This document shows positions 9,903 through 20,800 of a stretch of DNA of 64,000 bases, in pieces. This DNA is from Candidatus Eiseniibacteriota bacterium. Lineage in GTDB: Bacteria; Eisenbacteria; RBG-16-71-46; CAZAMP01. Every line of letters begins with the position of its first letter. Positions within the stretch are counted from its first letter, which is position 1. Where the stretch lies: assembly GCA_965224245.1 (NCBI GenBank), contig OZ245046.1, positions 6,176,001 to 6,240,000 on the forward strand, read 5' to 3'. The position numbers and the translations under genes were made by a program. The notes under the pieces were generated by a model. It was not told the origin of the DNA. It made no database searches and saw only the letters and a list, made by a program, of their open reading frames with translations.

Positions 9903-9966
9903 TTGGATCGTCCCACGTGGTGTGTCGTACTCCGACACGGAGACGATCATGTGGCTGCACGTTAGC
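9903..9966. repeat. Intergenic ~64-bp repeat, copy 1 (copy 2 at 28901)
   Basis: TTGGATCGTCCCACGTGGTGTGTCGT[A/G]CTCCGACACGGA...GGCTGCA[C/A]GTTAGC is shared by both sites. Confidence 0.8.
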
Positions 9967-10359
9967 CTGTCGTCGACGCGCATCATGGCGTGGCTTCCTT
10001 GGCGGGCGCACGACGGATGAAGCCGGCTCGTTGACCTTGAAGTCGAGCAATTGAGGCAGCAGTCCAGATTATCGCTCACAAGACCGCGGAGTTGAGTGGC
10101 CACCCGAAGCCGGTCCGCACTACTGACCAAGCGTAACCGGGTCACACGCTTCAACCACAAGCGTAACTCGGTCCTCCAGCAAGATCGGGCCGGGATACGG
10201 CCCCGGCCGGAGAGCGACCATCGCGCTCCCGCCGCATGATGCAGCTGCTGCAGCGACGCCGTCATGGAGGTCCTGGATTGGATCCGATCGGCTTCCAGAC
10301 CCGGACGAGGATCCATCGAGGCTGCTGACATAAACTGCGTTGCCGTACTCTGTTCGTCG

Positions 10360-11418
10360 TCAGAGCCTTTGGGACACTTCGCGGCTCATCGCTATGGACA
10401 CTTCCCTCACGTCGGCTGGCCGGATGACGTCCTTTCTCGTGACCGGCAAGCCTAGATTGTAGCGCCTTCTGCGCCGCAGGGTCTCTCGCTTCACGAGCGC
10501 CCTCGCCGAACGGATCTCACGCCCACGGCCCTCATACACGTCCGCCGGCGTGAGGTTGTCGAGCGCCTCGTGCACGCGCTCGTGGTTGTAGTGCTCGACG
10601 AACCGACCGATCTCCTCGGACAACTCCGCGGGCTGGTAGTAGTTGCGGAGCTTCACCACGTTCTTCATCGTGCGGTGGTACCGCTCGATCTTGCCCTGGG
10701 TCATCGGGTGATACGGTCGACCCCGCGTGTGCGGGATCTCCCGCTCCTGGAGGTACCCCCGGAGCTGTCCCGAGACGTAGCAGGCACCGTTGTCGGTGAG
10801 GAGCCGAGGCCGCTGTCGCACGTGAGGCCGGGTGACTCCGGTGCGGGCGATGGCCTGTTCGAGTACCCGCTCCACGTCATCGGTCGCCATCTTCTGACAG
10901 AGCAACCAGGCGATGATGAAGCGGCTGTAGTCGTCGAGCACCGTGGCCAGGTAGTACCAGCCCCAGGCCGTCACCCGGAGGTAGGTGAAGTCCGTCTGCC
11001 AGAGCTCGTGCACGCGTCGGGTGGGGTTCGGGAACTGCTCGAGCGCCGTCAGCACCATGAACGACGGGCTCGTCACCAGGTCCTGGGCCTTCAGGATGCG
11101 ATACACGCTCGATTCCGAGATGTACGTCCCATCCACGTCCGTGAGCCGCCAGGCGAGCTCCCGGGGCGAGAGATCGGGGTGATCGAGCGCCACCTCGACC
11201 ACGTGCTGCCGCTCTTCGTCGGGGATGCGGTTCCAGAACCGACGAGCGGCCGGCTTGACGCCCTCCAGCGCCTCGAACCCACCCTCCTGATACAGCCGGT
11301 ACCAGCGGTAGAACGTGCTCGGGGCCACCTCCAGCTCGCGCAGCGTCTGCCGGACACCGAGCTCGGAGCCCTCGACCAGTCGGATGATCTCGAGCTTCTC
11401 GGACGCCGTGTGCCTCAT
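10360..11418 (-). CDS. IS3-family transposase OrfB (HTH + rve DDE domain)
   Basis: WQTDFTY, LDDYSR, TDNG, PMTQGKIERYHRTMK, YNHERVHEAL motifs; ATGA overlap with orfA stop. Confidence 0.92.
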   Translation of the reverse strand: MRHTASEKLEIIRLVEGSELGVRQTLRELEVAPSTFYRWYRLYQEGGFEALEGVKPAARRFWNRIPDEERQHVVEVALDHPDLSPRELAWRLTDVDGTYISESSVYRILKAQDLVTSPSFMVLTALEQFPNPTRRVHELWQTDFTYLRVTAWGWYYLATVLDDYSRFIIAWLLCQKMATDDVERVLEQAIARTGVTRPHVRQRPRLLTDNGACYVSGQLRGYLQEREIPHTRGRPYHPMTQGKIERYHRTMKNVVKLRNYYQPAELSEEIGRFVEHYNHERVHEALDNLTPADVYEGRGREIRSARALVKRETLRRRRRYNLGLPVTRKDVIRPADVREVSIAMSREVSQRL

Positions 11419-11777
11419 TGACCGTCCGACTCGTCGGCCAGATCGGCACTTTTTTTCAGAACCGCATTGCGCACCGACAGATCGGCAACCAGATCCCGGA
11501 GCTGCCGGTTCTCCTGGCGAAGCGCGATCACCTCCGAACTCGTCGCCTCCCGCTTCGTGTTCCCCTGCAGACGCCGCTTCCCGGCCTCCAGGAACTCCTT
11601 GCTCCAGTTGTAGTAGAGGTTCGGGCTGATCCCTTCACGACGGCACAGCTCCGCGATCGTCTCCTCACCCCGGAGACCTTCCAGAACGATCCGGATCTTC
11701 TCTTCCGATGAGAACTTACGGCGGGTCTTGCGGCGGATCTCACGAACCGCCGACTCCGGGCCAGTCTTCTTCGACAT
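11415..11777 (-). CDS. IS3-family transposase OrfA (HTH)
   Basis: RRKFSSEEKIRIVLEGL...IAELCRREGI...YYNWSKEF plus a coiled-coil tail. Confidence 0.92.
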   Translation of the reverse strand: MSKKTGPESAVREIRRKTRRKFSSEEKIRIVLEGLRGEETIAELCRREGISPNLYYNWSKEFLEAGKRRLQGNTKREATSSEVIALRQENRQLRDLVADLSVRNAVLKKSADLADESDGQ

Positions 11778-11985
11778 CAGGTCCGCTCCTTGGATGACGA
11801 TTCAAAGAATACATCCCAGAAGTGACCATTGCGATTAAGCTTGATTGTGTCCCATCAGCTCTGACGCCGAACAGGCGGGCATCACCGCGAGCAACGTGGC
11901 CACGAGTGCTCGGGTCATCGGAAACCCCCCGATCGTCGGATGGGTGTCAACGTTGTGGTAGAGAAGTCCGGGCGTCGCCCATCTC

Positions 11986-12744
11986 CGTCCATGCCGAAAA
12001 CCAACTGCACACCACCCCGAGCCTCCATCACGGGTTTGCGTTCCGCAATCGCAGATCCATTGGCCTCCCAGCCGAGCGTCGGACTCCCAGAGTCTCGCAT
12101 GAATACGCCGGCCGAGGAAGCCAGGACGTATGTCCCACCTGCGTTCCCGGACCACCGAATGGGATTGGGAAACTGCGCCGCTCGCTCGTAGTGATGGTGC
12201 AGTCCCCGAGATGGGGCACTGGGCGCGAACGGAGCACGTACGGGTTCCGCAACGGTCCCGAGCTTCGCGAGCTCACCGACGATGCGGGGTGCTCCCCAGA
12301 GGACGTTCGCCTCGCTCATCTGATGGATCAAAGCGCGGAAGGCCGGATCCAGTCACGGTCGGCCAGGTCGTCTCCTGCGACACAGTGGCGTCCACCGCCG
12401 GAAGCGTCGCCGGCGCCACTCGATCACCGTGCGGGGTCTGGCGATGTAGAGAAGCTCGCGCCAACGCGTTGCAGCGCGGCTCAGGAGCGACCAGAGGATC
12501 CGGTCGCGAGCGGTGAGCTTCGGGCGCTTTGCAGTACGTTGGTAGACGGAGAGCTGGTAGCGGAGAACGGCGTTCTCGATCCGAAGACGGGCGTGGGATA
12601 CGAAGACCGCTCGGATCAGGGCGATGATGGCTGCAAGCATGGGCGTTCCCAGCGTAGAATGGATGTGAGGGCGACGCCGGGAAGCTGGTATGTCGGTGGC
12701 GTAAGGTCAACCGGGGCAACGTCCATGAGTTTTTAGCAGACACA
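11986..12744 (-). mobile_element. Internally deleted F2 rve element (759 bp) with both ends
   Basis: Ends TGTGTCTGCTAAAAACTC and GGTTTTCGGCATGGACG; frameshifted fragments IENAVLRYQL..RPKLTARDRILW, NVLWGAPRIVGELAKLG and C-terminal LHHHYERAA; catalytic core missing. Confidence 0.85.
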
Positions 12745-12922
12745 ACCTACATGTCGATTAACTCCTGGGGCAGATTCGGTACGATCGCGACCCCGGAGAC
12801 GTCGTGGCTGACGGAGACCACGCCAGCCGCCGAGACTCTCTCGAACGGTGACGCGCTTGCGCCGAGGTTCTCGCACGACGCACCGACACGGTCTACCACC
12901 CTCCATCATCGGGAGCGACGAG

Positions 12923-14446
12923 ATGAAGTACATGACCGCCTTCCTGGGTCTCGTGATGTGCGTGAGCCAGGCATCCGGACAGTCCCTGTCGCTGGGGGGT
13001 AACGAGCTGGTCGCAGCGTCGGCCGCGTCCACGTCGAACGAACGTCCGCGGGTCCTCTACACCGACGACGGCGTGGCCCACGTCATGTGGGTCCAGGGGA
13101 GCGGGAGCGCGGGTCAGGTCGTGATCGCGGCCGATGCCGACGGCACCGGCTACGGAGACACCACGCCGCTCTCGGACAGTCCCACGGGGATTCAGATCGA
13201 CGCGGCCGCCGGCCCTTCGTTGAGCCGGCGTGGCGTCTATCTGGTCGCGGGCTGGATGGACCGTCAGACGAGCAATCGCGGCATCTTCACCCGTCGCTCG
13301 ACCGACATGGGAGGCTCGTGGGAGCCCGAGCGCCGGGTGGACCCGGCCATCGAGTCGCTCCGTGCCTACGAGTCGGCCGCGCTCTACCCCGACGGCCGCG
13401 TCGCCCAGGTCTTCATGGTCTACGATCCGGGGTATCTCGACCCGGGCTACGTGTGGACCGGCGAGGACCTCGCCGGCGACTTCAGCGTCCCGATCGAGGT
13501 CAGCGCGAGCGCGCCCGGCGAGGTCTGCGAGTGCTGCTACCCGGATCACGTCATTCTCGACGACGGACAGACCGTGCTCGTGTGCTTTCGAAACAACCAC
13601 GACAATCTCCGCGAGTTCTACATCGCGCGGTCGACCGACGGCGGCATGACGTTCCCCGAGCTCCATCACGTGGACACGACCGGGTGGGTCATCGGAGGAT
13701 GCCCGTCGTCCGGCGCGGCGCTCGCCGAGGACGGGACGACGGTCCTGGCGATCTGGCGCTCGGTGGGCGGCTCGATGTCCCACATCTGGCTCTCCCGAAG
13801 CGACGACGGTGGAGCCAGCTGGGCCCCGATGCAGGCGATCGACGGGGGCGATGGGACCGGCTTCCACAACTATCCGGACGTGGCCATACGCGGATCGCTG
13901 GCGGTGGCGGCGTGGGAGAGCATCGACGAGTCGGGCCTCCCTGTCATCGTGGCGGTTGCCTCGGTGGACGGCGGGATCACCTGGGGTCCGCCCACGGAGG
14001 TGTCTGACGGAAGCGAGGCCGCCATCCGGTCGCAGGTCGCGGTCGACATCGCGCCGGACGAGACGGTCGAGCTCGTGTGGAAGGACGATCGTTCGGGCGG
14101 CCGGCAGATCTACTACGCACGCGGCACCATCAGCACCGTGTCCGTGCACGACGTGACACCGACCCGGCCCGAGCCGCCGTCGATCCACCCCAATCCGGTG
14201 CGCGACCAGACGACGATCCGGTTCCGACTGTCGGCCCCCGCGCTCGTTCGACTCGGCATCTACTCCGTGGAGGGTCGAGAGCGAGCCCATCTCGTGACCG
14301 CCGAGCTCGACGAGGGCGTGCACGCGATCTCGTGGGACGGACGGGGGAACGATGGGGCACCGGTCCCGCCGGGGGTCTACTTCGTCCGGCTGGTCGCGAG
14401 CGGCGTCGAGCGGCAGCGACGCGTCGTCGTGATCCCGGGTCGCTGA
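12923..14446 (+). CDS. Secreted BNR/Asp-box (sialidase-like) beta-propeller protein with FlgD-Ig CTD
   Basis: Signal peptide; Asp-boxes STDMGGSW, STDGGMTF, SDDGGASW, SVDGGITW; CECC and GCP motifs; PNPV...WDGRGNDG...PGVYFVRL. Confidence 0.88.
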   Translation: MKYMTAFLGLVMCVSQASGQSLSLGGNELVAASAASTSNERPRVLYTDDGVAHVMWVQGSGSAGQVVIAADADGTGYGDTTPLSDSPTGIQIDAAAGPSLSRRGVYLVAGWMDRQTSNRGIFTRRSTDMGGSWEPERRVDPAIESLRAYESAALYPDGRVAQVFMVYDPGYLDPGYVWTGEDLAGDFSVPIEVSASAPGEVCECCYPDHVILDDGQTVLVCFRNNHDNLREFYIARSTDGGMTFPELHHVDTTGWVIGGCPSSGAALAEDGTTVLAIWRSVGGSMSHIWLSRSDDGGASWAPMQAIDGGDGTGFHNYPDVAIRGSLAVAAWESIDESGLPVIVAVASVDGGITWGPPTEVSDGSEAAIRSQVAVDIAPDETVELVWKDDRSGGRQIYYARGTISTVSVHDVTPTRPEPPSIHPNPVRDQTTIRFRLSAPALVRLGIYSVEGRERAHLVTAELDEGVHAISWDGRGNDGAPVPPGVYFVRLVASGVERQRRVVVIPGR

Positions 14447-14734
14447 CCGCGCCGAGGGGCGGTGAAGTCACGCTGAAGCCTCCCGGTTAAGCCATTTCAC
14501 GTCAACAACTTACGTCTCACCTCCTCCGGGCCTCGACCGTCACGCCACATTGCCGGCGTTTTCTTGGCGGGGTCTGCCACGGAATCCGTTTCCCCATGTG
14601 AACGACGGCTCAACCGCCGCCACGAAGGTAACTGCTCGCACCTGACCGTCAGAGACTCGTCGCCAGCCGGCGAGGACGGTTCCTTCGTCCGCCCCGTTTT
14701 GCTCGTCCGGGGCATTCACACAGTTGGGGGAGAC

Positions 14735-16996
14735 ATGCACTCCAGAGGACTCCGGAACGTCGTCTCGGGGACGACGCTCCTGGCCATGGCGCTCGCGTGC
14801 GCCTGTGATTACACCGTACCGACGCTCGAGCCCGCTCCCGGCGCCGGGCCGGTGGTCGCCGGTCTCGTGCGCGCGTCGGACGACGCCGGCGTGGCCCACG
14901 CCACACTGCGAATGGATCGCGTCGAGAACGGCCGCAGCGAACGCGTCAGCGATGCGATCGCCGCGGAGAACCCGTCGCTCCTGAGTCGAGACGCCTCGGC
15001 GATCCGGGTGACGACGTCCGACGCGTACGGGCGATTCGTGTTCGAGGACGTGCCGGCCGGCGACTACGTCGTGACGGCCGAGCAGCAGGATCACCTCGGC
15101 GCGGTGGCACGGGTGGCCGTCGCCGAAGCGGAGACGACGTTCGTGGACATCGATCTCGTTCCGACGGGAACCATCTACGGCTACGCACAGCTCGAGAACG
15201 CGACGAACCACGTCAACACCATCGTGTACGTCGAGGGAACCTCCTATGTGGGGGTCACCAACGCCTTGGGGACCTATGCGCTGTTCGACGTTCCGATCGG
15301 CACCCGCGAGCTGCGCGCCACGCACGCCGGCTATCTCGACGACACCGCGACCACCGCGCTGTTCGGGGCGGGAGACTCCACCCAGGCGGCGTCGATGTCG
15401 CTTCTCCTGGCGTCGAACATCCCGCCGACGGCCACGATCGATCCGCTGCCGGAGGACATCGCGCAACACATCCTCGTACCCACCACGTTCGAGGGGAGCG
15501 GCGTGGACATCGACGGCGAGATCGTCCGGTACGAATGGGACTTCGAAGACGACGGCATCTTCGACGCGTCGAGCACGACCTCGCCGACGGCCTCTCATCA
15601 GTACCCGGCCGGTCAGCATCGCGCCAAGCTCCGCGTGACCGACGATGACGGGGGCATCGGTCTGGCCGTCATCACCGTCGAGGTCCATGAGCCCGTCTAT
15701 GCGTCAGCCACGACGGGGGAAGACCTTCACGACGGAACCCCGGAGTTCCCCGTCGAGTCGCTGGGACGCGCCTTCGACATCGCCGAGAGTGACGGCAATC
15801 TTCCCGTCGTGCTCGCGGTGGGGGACTACGAGGACCTGGATCTGGCGGACCCGATCTCGATCTTCGGTGGGTACGACCCGGTGACGTGGACGCGCGTGCC
15901 CGGCGCGTACTCGTCGATCCACGCGGGTGCGGCAGGGTCGCGTGTCGCGGGCATCGACCACACGATCATCCGCGGCCTTGCCTTCCACGCCGCCAATGCG
16001 GCGGGCGAAGGCGAGGGGTCGGTCTCGCTTCTGGTCGATCAGTGCGGCGCGGATCTCGTCTTCGAGGACTGCTGGTTCCGGCCCGGCGAGGGCGCCTCGG
16101 CCACGACGAAGGGAGCCACCGGATCCAACGGCGTGGTCGGGGCGAACGGAGAGCATGGTGGTAGCTGGGGGTTCAACGACGGTGGCGACGGCGGCGGGTC
16201 GGGCGGCGATGGCGGCACCGGGGGACGCCCGGGGACCTTCTTCAACGGACACTCCGGCGACTATGGGGGATGCAGCGCCGCCGGCGGCGCGGGGGCGCCC
16301 CGGGCCGGTTGTGGAGAGACCGCGGCACCGGGGTCCAACGGGACTCACGGGCCCAGCGCCGAGCACGGAGTCAATGGCTCCACGCCGATTGACCCTCTCG
16401 GCGTCGGCTCCAGCGCGGGCTGGCAGCCGGGCACCGGCGGCGCCGGCGCCGATGGAGCGTTCGGTTGCGGAGGCGGCGGCGGTGGCGGCGGCGCCGGGTA
16501 TCAGTGCGGCGACGACGAGTCGTGGGGTGGCGGCGGCGGCGGTGGCGGCGGCGGAGGTGGCCGTGGGATTGCCGGAGGTCCCGGACTCGGGGGTGGTGCC
16601 TCGATCGGTGTCCTCGTCGTGGGGTCGGAGTGTCGGTTCGAGATGTGCGACGTCCTGACCCAGAACGCCGGCGATGGCGCCGACGGCGGCGACGGCGGCT
16701 TCGGCGCGGCCGGTGGGCAGGGCGGCTACGGCGGATCCGGCGTCGCGAACGGTGGAAACGGTGGAAACGGCGGGACCGGTGGCAGCGGTGGCGGATCGCA
16801 GGGAGGCCCCGGCGGCTCCTGCATCGGCGTGTTCCTCGTCGACAGTGCCGGCGCATCCATCTCGAGCACGACGTTCGTGCACGGGACGCCCGGAACCGGT
16901 GGGATCGGGGGACTCGGGTACTTTGTGGTCTATCCCGTCCGCAGCCGGGCGGTCTCGGGACCGAACGGCGTCGCTCTCGATACCTTCGTGTACTGA
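14735..16996 (+). CDS. Putative lipoprotein: carboxypeptidase-regulatory-like domains + PKD + Gly-rich (PGRS-like) region
   Basis: GGGGAG RBS; lipobox-like LAMALACAC; TTSDAYGRFVFEDVPAGDY; PKD motif DIDGEIVRYEWDFEDDG...LRVTDDDG; long GGxGGxG tracts. Confidence 0.8.
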   Translation: MHSRGLRNVVSGTTLLAMALACACDYTVPTLEPAPGAGPVVAGLVRASDDAGVAHATLRMDRVENGRSERVSDAIAAENPSLLSRDASAIRVTTSDAYGRFVFEDVPAGDYVVTAEQQDHLGAVARVAVAEAETTFVDIDLVPTGTIYGYAQLENATNHVNTIVYVEGTSYVGVTNALGTYALFDVPIGTRELRATHAGYLDDTATTALFGAGDSTQAASMSLLLASNIPPTATIDPLPEDIAQHILVPTTFEGSGVDIDGEIVRYEWDFEDDGIFDASSTTSPTASHQYPAGQHRAKLRVTDDDGGIGLAVITVEVHEPVYASATTGEDLHDGTPEFPVESLGRAFDIAESDGNLPVVLAVGDYEDLDLADPISIFGGYDPVTWTRVPGAYSSIHAGAAGSRVAGIDHTIIRGLAFHAANAAGEGEGSVSLLVDQCGADLVFEDCWFRPGEGASATTKGATGSNGVVGANGEHGGSWGFNDGGDGGGSGGDGGTGGRPGTFFNGHSGDYGGCSAAGGAGAPRAGCGETAAPGSNGTHGPSAEHGVNGSTPIDPLGVGSSAGWQPGTGGAGADGAFGCGGGGGGGGAGYQCGDDESWGGGGGGGGGGGGRGIAGGPGLGGGASIGVLVVGSECRFEMCDVLTQNAGDGADGGDGGFGAAGGQGGYGGSGVANGGNGGNGGTGGSGGGSQGGPGGSCIGVFLVDSAGASISSTTFVHGTPGTGGIGGLGYFVVYPVRSRAVSGPNGVALDTFVY

Positions 16997-17139
16997 GGAG
17001 CGCGAGCGTCTTGGCGACGTGAGCGCCTGACGACGGGGGTGGTCCCCTCGGGTCGGCGCTCTCTCGCTGTTCTTTGCGATCGGCTTCTTGTCTCGAAGCT
17101 CAGCGTCGCCACCACGGGCTTGCTTGCTCTTTCGCCGAT

Positions 17140-17240
17140 AGTCCGAACGGGTCGCGAACGTAGCATCGGGGAAGCCGTGTGGAGTCAATCGGCATCCGTC
17201 GTAAGATGTACCAAGACAACCGTTTGACCCCGTTCGGACT
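17140..17240. repeat. ~100-bp element bounded by perfect inverted repeats, copy 1 (copy 2 at 54121)
   Basis: AGTCCGAACGGG...CCCGTTCGGACT (12 bp); interior aligns with 54124-54224. Confidence 0.75.
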
Positions 17241-17843
17241 GGGTGCCCAAGGGACGGGAAATCGAACTTGGACGTTCTGCGGTGCGTTCGGACAGGGGAG
17301 CCACGCTCTGGGGGCGTCTACGGGCGCCCCTTCTTGTTGACTCTTCCTCACGCCTCTGTCGCCACCCTGTGGCCGTATATCGCGTTGGGGCGCAACACTC
17401 TCCATCGGTTTTGAGGTCGGCGTTTCTCAGCGTTCTCACGCGCCAGCGAGCCTGCCGCCGAGGTTCGCAGAGCGTCCGACGTGGGCGCCGGTTCTCAGCA
17501 TCTGCGAACCGATAGCCTTCTTGTTTGCAGCGCCGGCGTAACCCGTTCGGGTCGACCGTCGTCGTCGTCTGACGTGCCGTGTGTGTTTCGAACGCGGCAG
17601 GCAGAGGAGACCTCCCGGTCCGTAGCACTCGGCCATCGGGTTGGGTAGTGCGCGCTGGAACCCCCTGAAAGCAAGAGTGAAGCAGCATCGAGTCGAAATG
17701 ATGCTGACGCATCATGGCGATGCCCACCGTCGAGCTGTCCAATTGTACGCACCGAGCGCGAATCACGATTGAATCGAGCGTAGCCACCTGGTCAGCGGGG
17801 TCGTTGGCTGTCTCCGCGGCCGTGGAGTAACGGAGGCACCCAC

Positions 17844-20800
17844 ATGGATCGAGTCACCCCGCCCTTGCCCGGTGGCTTGCGGACCGCCGCGCCTCTTCGC
17901 AGCACTCTCCGTCGAGTTCGCCATCCACGGCGAGTCGCAACGTCATCCGTCTTGCTCATCGCCTTCATCGGCATCCCCGTGTTCGCTGCCAACGGAAAGC
18001 CCCGGCTCGAGCCCGCGCCGACGGAAGCCCGGGTACCCTGTCAGCTCTCCTACGCATCGATATACTGGCACTTCCCATCGCACCACCAGGGGTTTACCAC
18101 CGACGTGTGCGACGACGGGGGGGGTGCCGCCTGGGAGTACGGGACGCCGGCGGGCATCCCGGACGCCCCGGGCCGGGTGTGGGGGACGAGCCTGACCGGC
18201 AACTACCCCAATGACGCGGGACATCGTCTTCGATCCCCGACCTTTCATGTCGATGAGGCACACCGGTTCATGGAGCTCCACCACTACTTCGACATCGAGT
18301 ACGGATACGACGGGGGTAATGTCCTCGTCTGGCCGGACAACGCGATACTGGACCCCGTGGGGGGATACACCCTTCCGGTGATCTCGGTCGACCCGACGGA
18401 CCATGCATGGTGTGTCGATGGCGAGCCGGGGTGGACGGGATCCAGCGGCGGCTGGCGAGTGGACTGCTTCGATCTGTGGGACTACATCGGAACGGACGTC
18501 GCTCTGGAGTTCGATTTCGGATCCGATGCCGATGTGACCGCTGCCGGGTGGTACCTGGAGCTGATCATCGTCGGTGGCGTCTACGACGAGGCTGTGTGCT
18601 GCAATCCTTCCACCGGCCAGTGCACCATCACCTCGCAGGGTGACTGTCTCGCTTCCGGCGGAGAGTGGCATCCGGAGCTCACCTCGTGCGATCCGAATCC
18701 GTGTGGGCCGCCATCACCACCGGCGAATCTCGTCGCGCTGACCCAGGGGCCGGATCGGATCCGGCTGGAGTGGGAGTACGAGCCCGGTGGCGCCGAGGAG
18801 TTCGTCATCGAGCGCAAGGATGGACCCGGCGAGCCCTGGGAGACCGTCCACGTAGCGTCCGGAGACCTGACCGCCTGGGAAGACACAGGCGTATCGATGG
18901 GACCGACCTACTACTACCGCGTGCGGGCCGGCGGTACGGCCGGGGACTCGGAGCTGTCGAACTTCGCCAGCGGTAGCTGCGGCGTCGTTCCCGCGGCGCC
19001 CAGCGATTTCGTGACCTTCCCGGTGGCAGGGGCACTCGCAATGCGGCTCGAGTGGACGGACCATGCGACCAATGAGATGGGCTTCGTCGTGGAGCGAAAG
19101 GACGGCGAGTTCGGCACCTGGCAGCCGCTGTTCCCATCCCCGAGCTACCCGGTGGCGCCGCCGACGGATGCGACGCTCTACACCGACCAGAGCGTCGACT
19201 GGGAGACGAGCTACGTCTATCGCATCGCGGCCTACAACGCCTATGGGCGCTCGACCTGGGCGGAGAGCCCCCTCACCTGGATGACGATCGATCCGGGCGC
19301 CTTCAGTTCGACCGTCGTCGTTCGACGCGGCACGCAGACGATCGAAGGAGCAGAGCTCATGGTTCGTCCCGGTGCGAGCGGGACATGGCAGTCGGCCGGC
19401 TTCACGGACGCGAACGGGAGCCTGGTCGTCTCGGGTCTACACGTGGGCTACTTCCTGCGCGCGGCGACCATGAAGCAAATCCTGTGGGATTGCCGGGAGT
19501 ACAACGAGGGTGGAGGCGGGTCGCTCGGAGTGTATCTCTGGAGAGACTCGGATTGGAGAGATGTCCAGGCCATCTACCATCCCGTCAAGGTCGAGGGCGA
19601 GGAGGTGAGCTACACCCTCGAGCTGGATCATCCCGTATTCCGATTCGATCTCACGTTCTCGACCGAGTTCGACATCCCCACACCGCCGCAATGGGGCACG
19701 GACTACTGGGACAGCCTCACGGTCGGCTGTCAGCGGGCCTCGGATTACCTCTTCGACGTGACCGATGGCCAGGCTGCACTGCGAAAGGTAGTGCTCATGG
19801 ACAACAAGACGTGGTGGAGCGATGCCCACGTTCAGGTCCACAACTATCGAAGCACAGCCAGCGCACGAACCGACAACTACTACGATTGCGACTCGTGGAG
19901 CCCCGAGGAGCACATCCACGTCGACTCCAGCAAACCGGAAGATGCGGACTGGTGGACGACGCTGATACACGAGATAGGGCATTACGTCTTTGACTTCAAA
20001 GACGAATACCAGAATGGGTTCGGGGCCATTGTCATGGGGTACATGAACGAGTACTACCCCGATCTTCACCCCCGGAACCACGGAGTCATGCAATGGGAGA
20101 CGACCGAGGCTGAGTTCTCCTCCCGAAACGACTATCCGCCGAACTACGACTATGGGTGTGGTGGAGTCTGGTGGTGCGAGAAGTGGTTCGAGACCGAGCA
20201 GCTCTACGAGCGGGGACAATCCTGCTGGGATCAACTCGAGTCGAAGCTCGAGGGCCTGACGTACGACGTGGACATCGTGAAGCCGGACCAGGGCTGGTAC
20301 GTCAACGGCGCTCCCACGAGCTCGGACCGGGCGGGACCGGTGAGGGAGGACTTCACGATGGAGGTCTACCAGCAGGACGCCGGAAACCGCATCGCGCCGC
20401 TAATCGAGGTCGAGATCATCGATTCCGGACCCGGATCGTACATGAGCGACCTCGTGATCGAGGCTGGCAATGGCCCTGCGGGGGGCGCCGACGTATACAG
20501 GCTGTCGAACGATCAGTGGACGTACCTTGGCCGCACGAACTGGCGTGGCCAGCTGGCCGCCCGCGGGCTGCAACCGGGGGACGACATTCGCGTCTTCTAC
20601 CGGGAGCGGGATGGCGTCCGGAGCTCGACGCGAACCCTCAGTGGATCGGTGCCCCGATCGGTGACGGTCCAGGTTTCCCCGGCGGCGCGGGCGGCGGAGT
20701 CCAGCTCACCTGGGCGGGATGGCTCCGCGTCTGCACGCGGGCAAGAGAGCTCTGCCTCGTCGCGGGAGCAAGACAGCTCCGCACCGGGAGCCACCGTGTC

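Larger units (their letters stand above)
10351..11873 (-). mobile_element. Intact IS3-family insertion sequence (1523 bp)
   Basis: 27-bp TIRs TGTTCGTCGTCAGAGCCTTTGGGACAC / TGTTCGGCGTCAGAGCTGATGGGACAC (23/27 match); orfA plus orfB; no clear TSD. Confidence 0.9.

Noticed and set aside
9903-9966. Integron attC interpretation of the GTTAGC-ending repeat
   Set aside because: No matching RYYYAAC inverse core, only two copies, and no tyrosine recombinase in the window.
17250-17840. Possible gene in the spacer (ORF 17185..17787 and others)
   Set aside because: No recognisable motif, RBS or coding-like composition.
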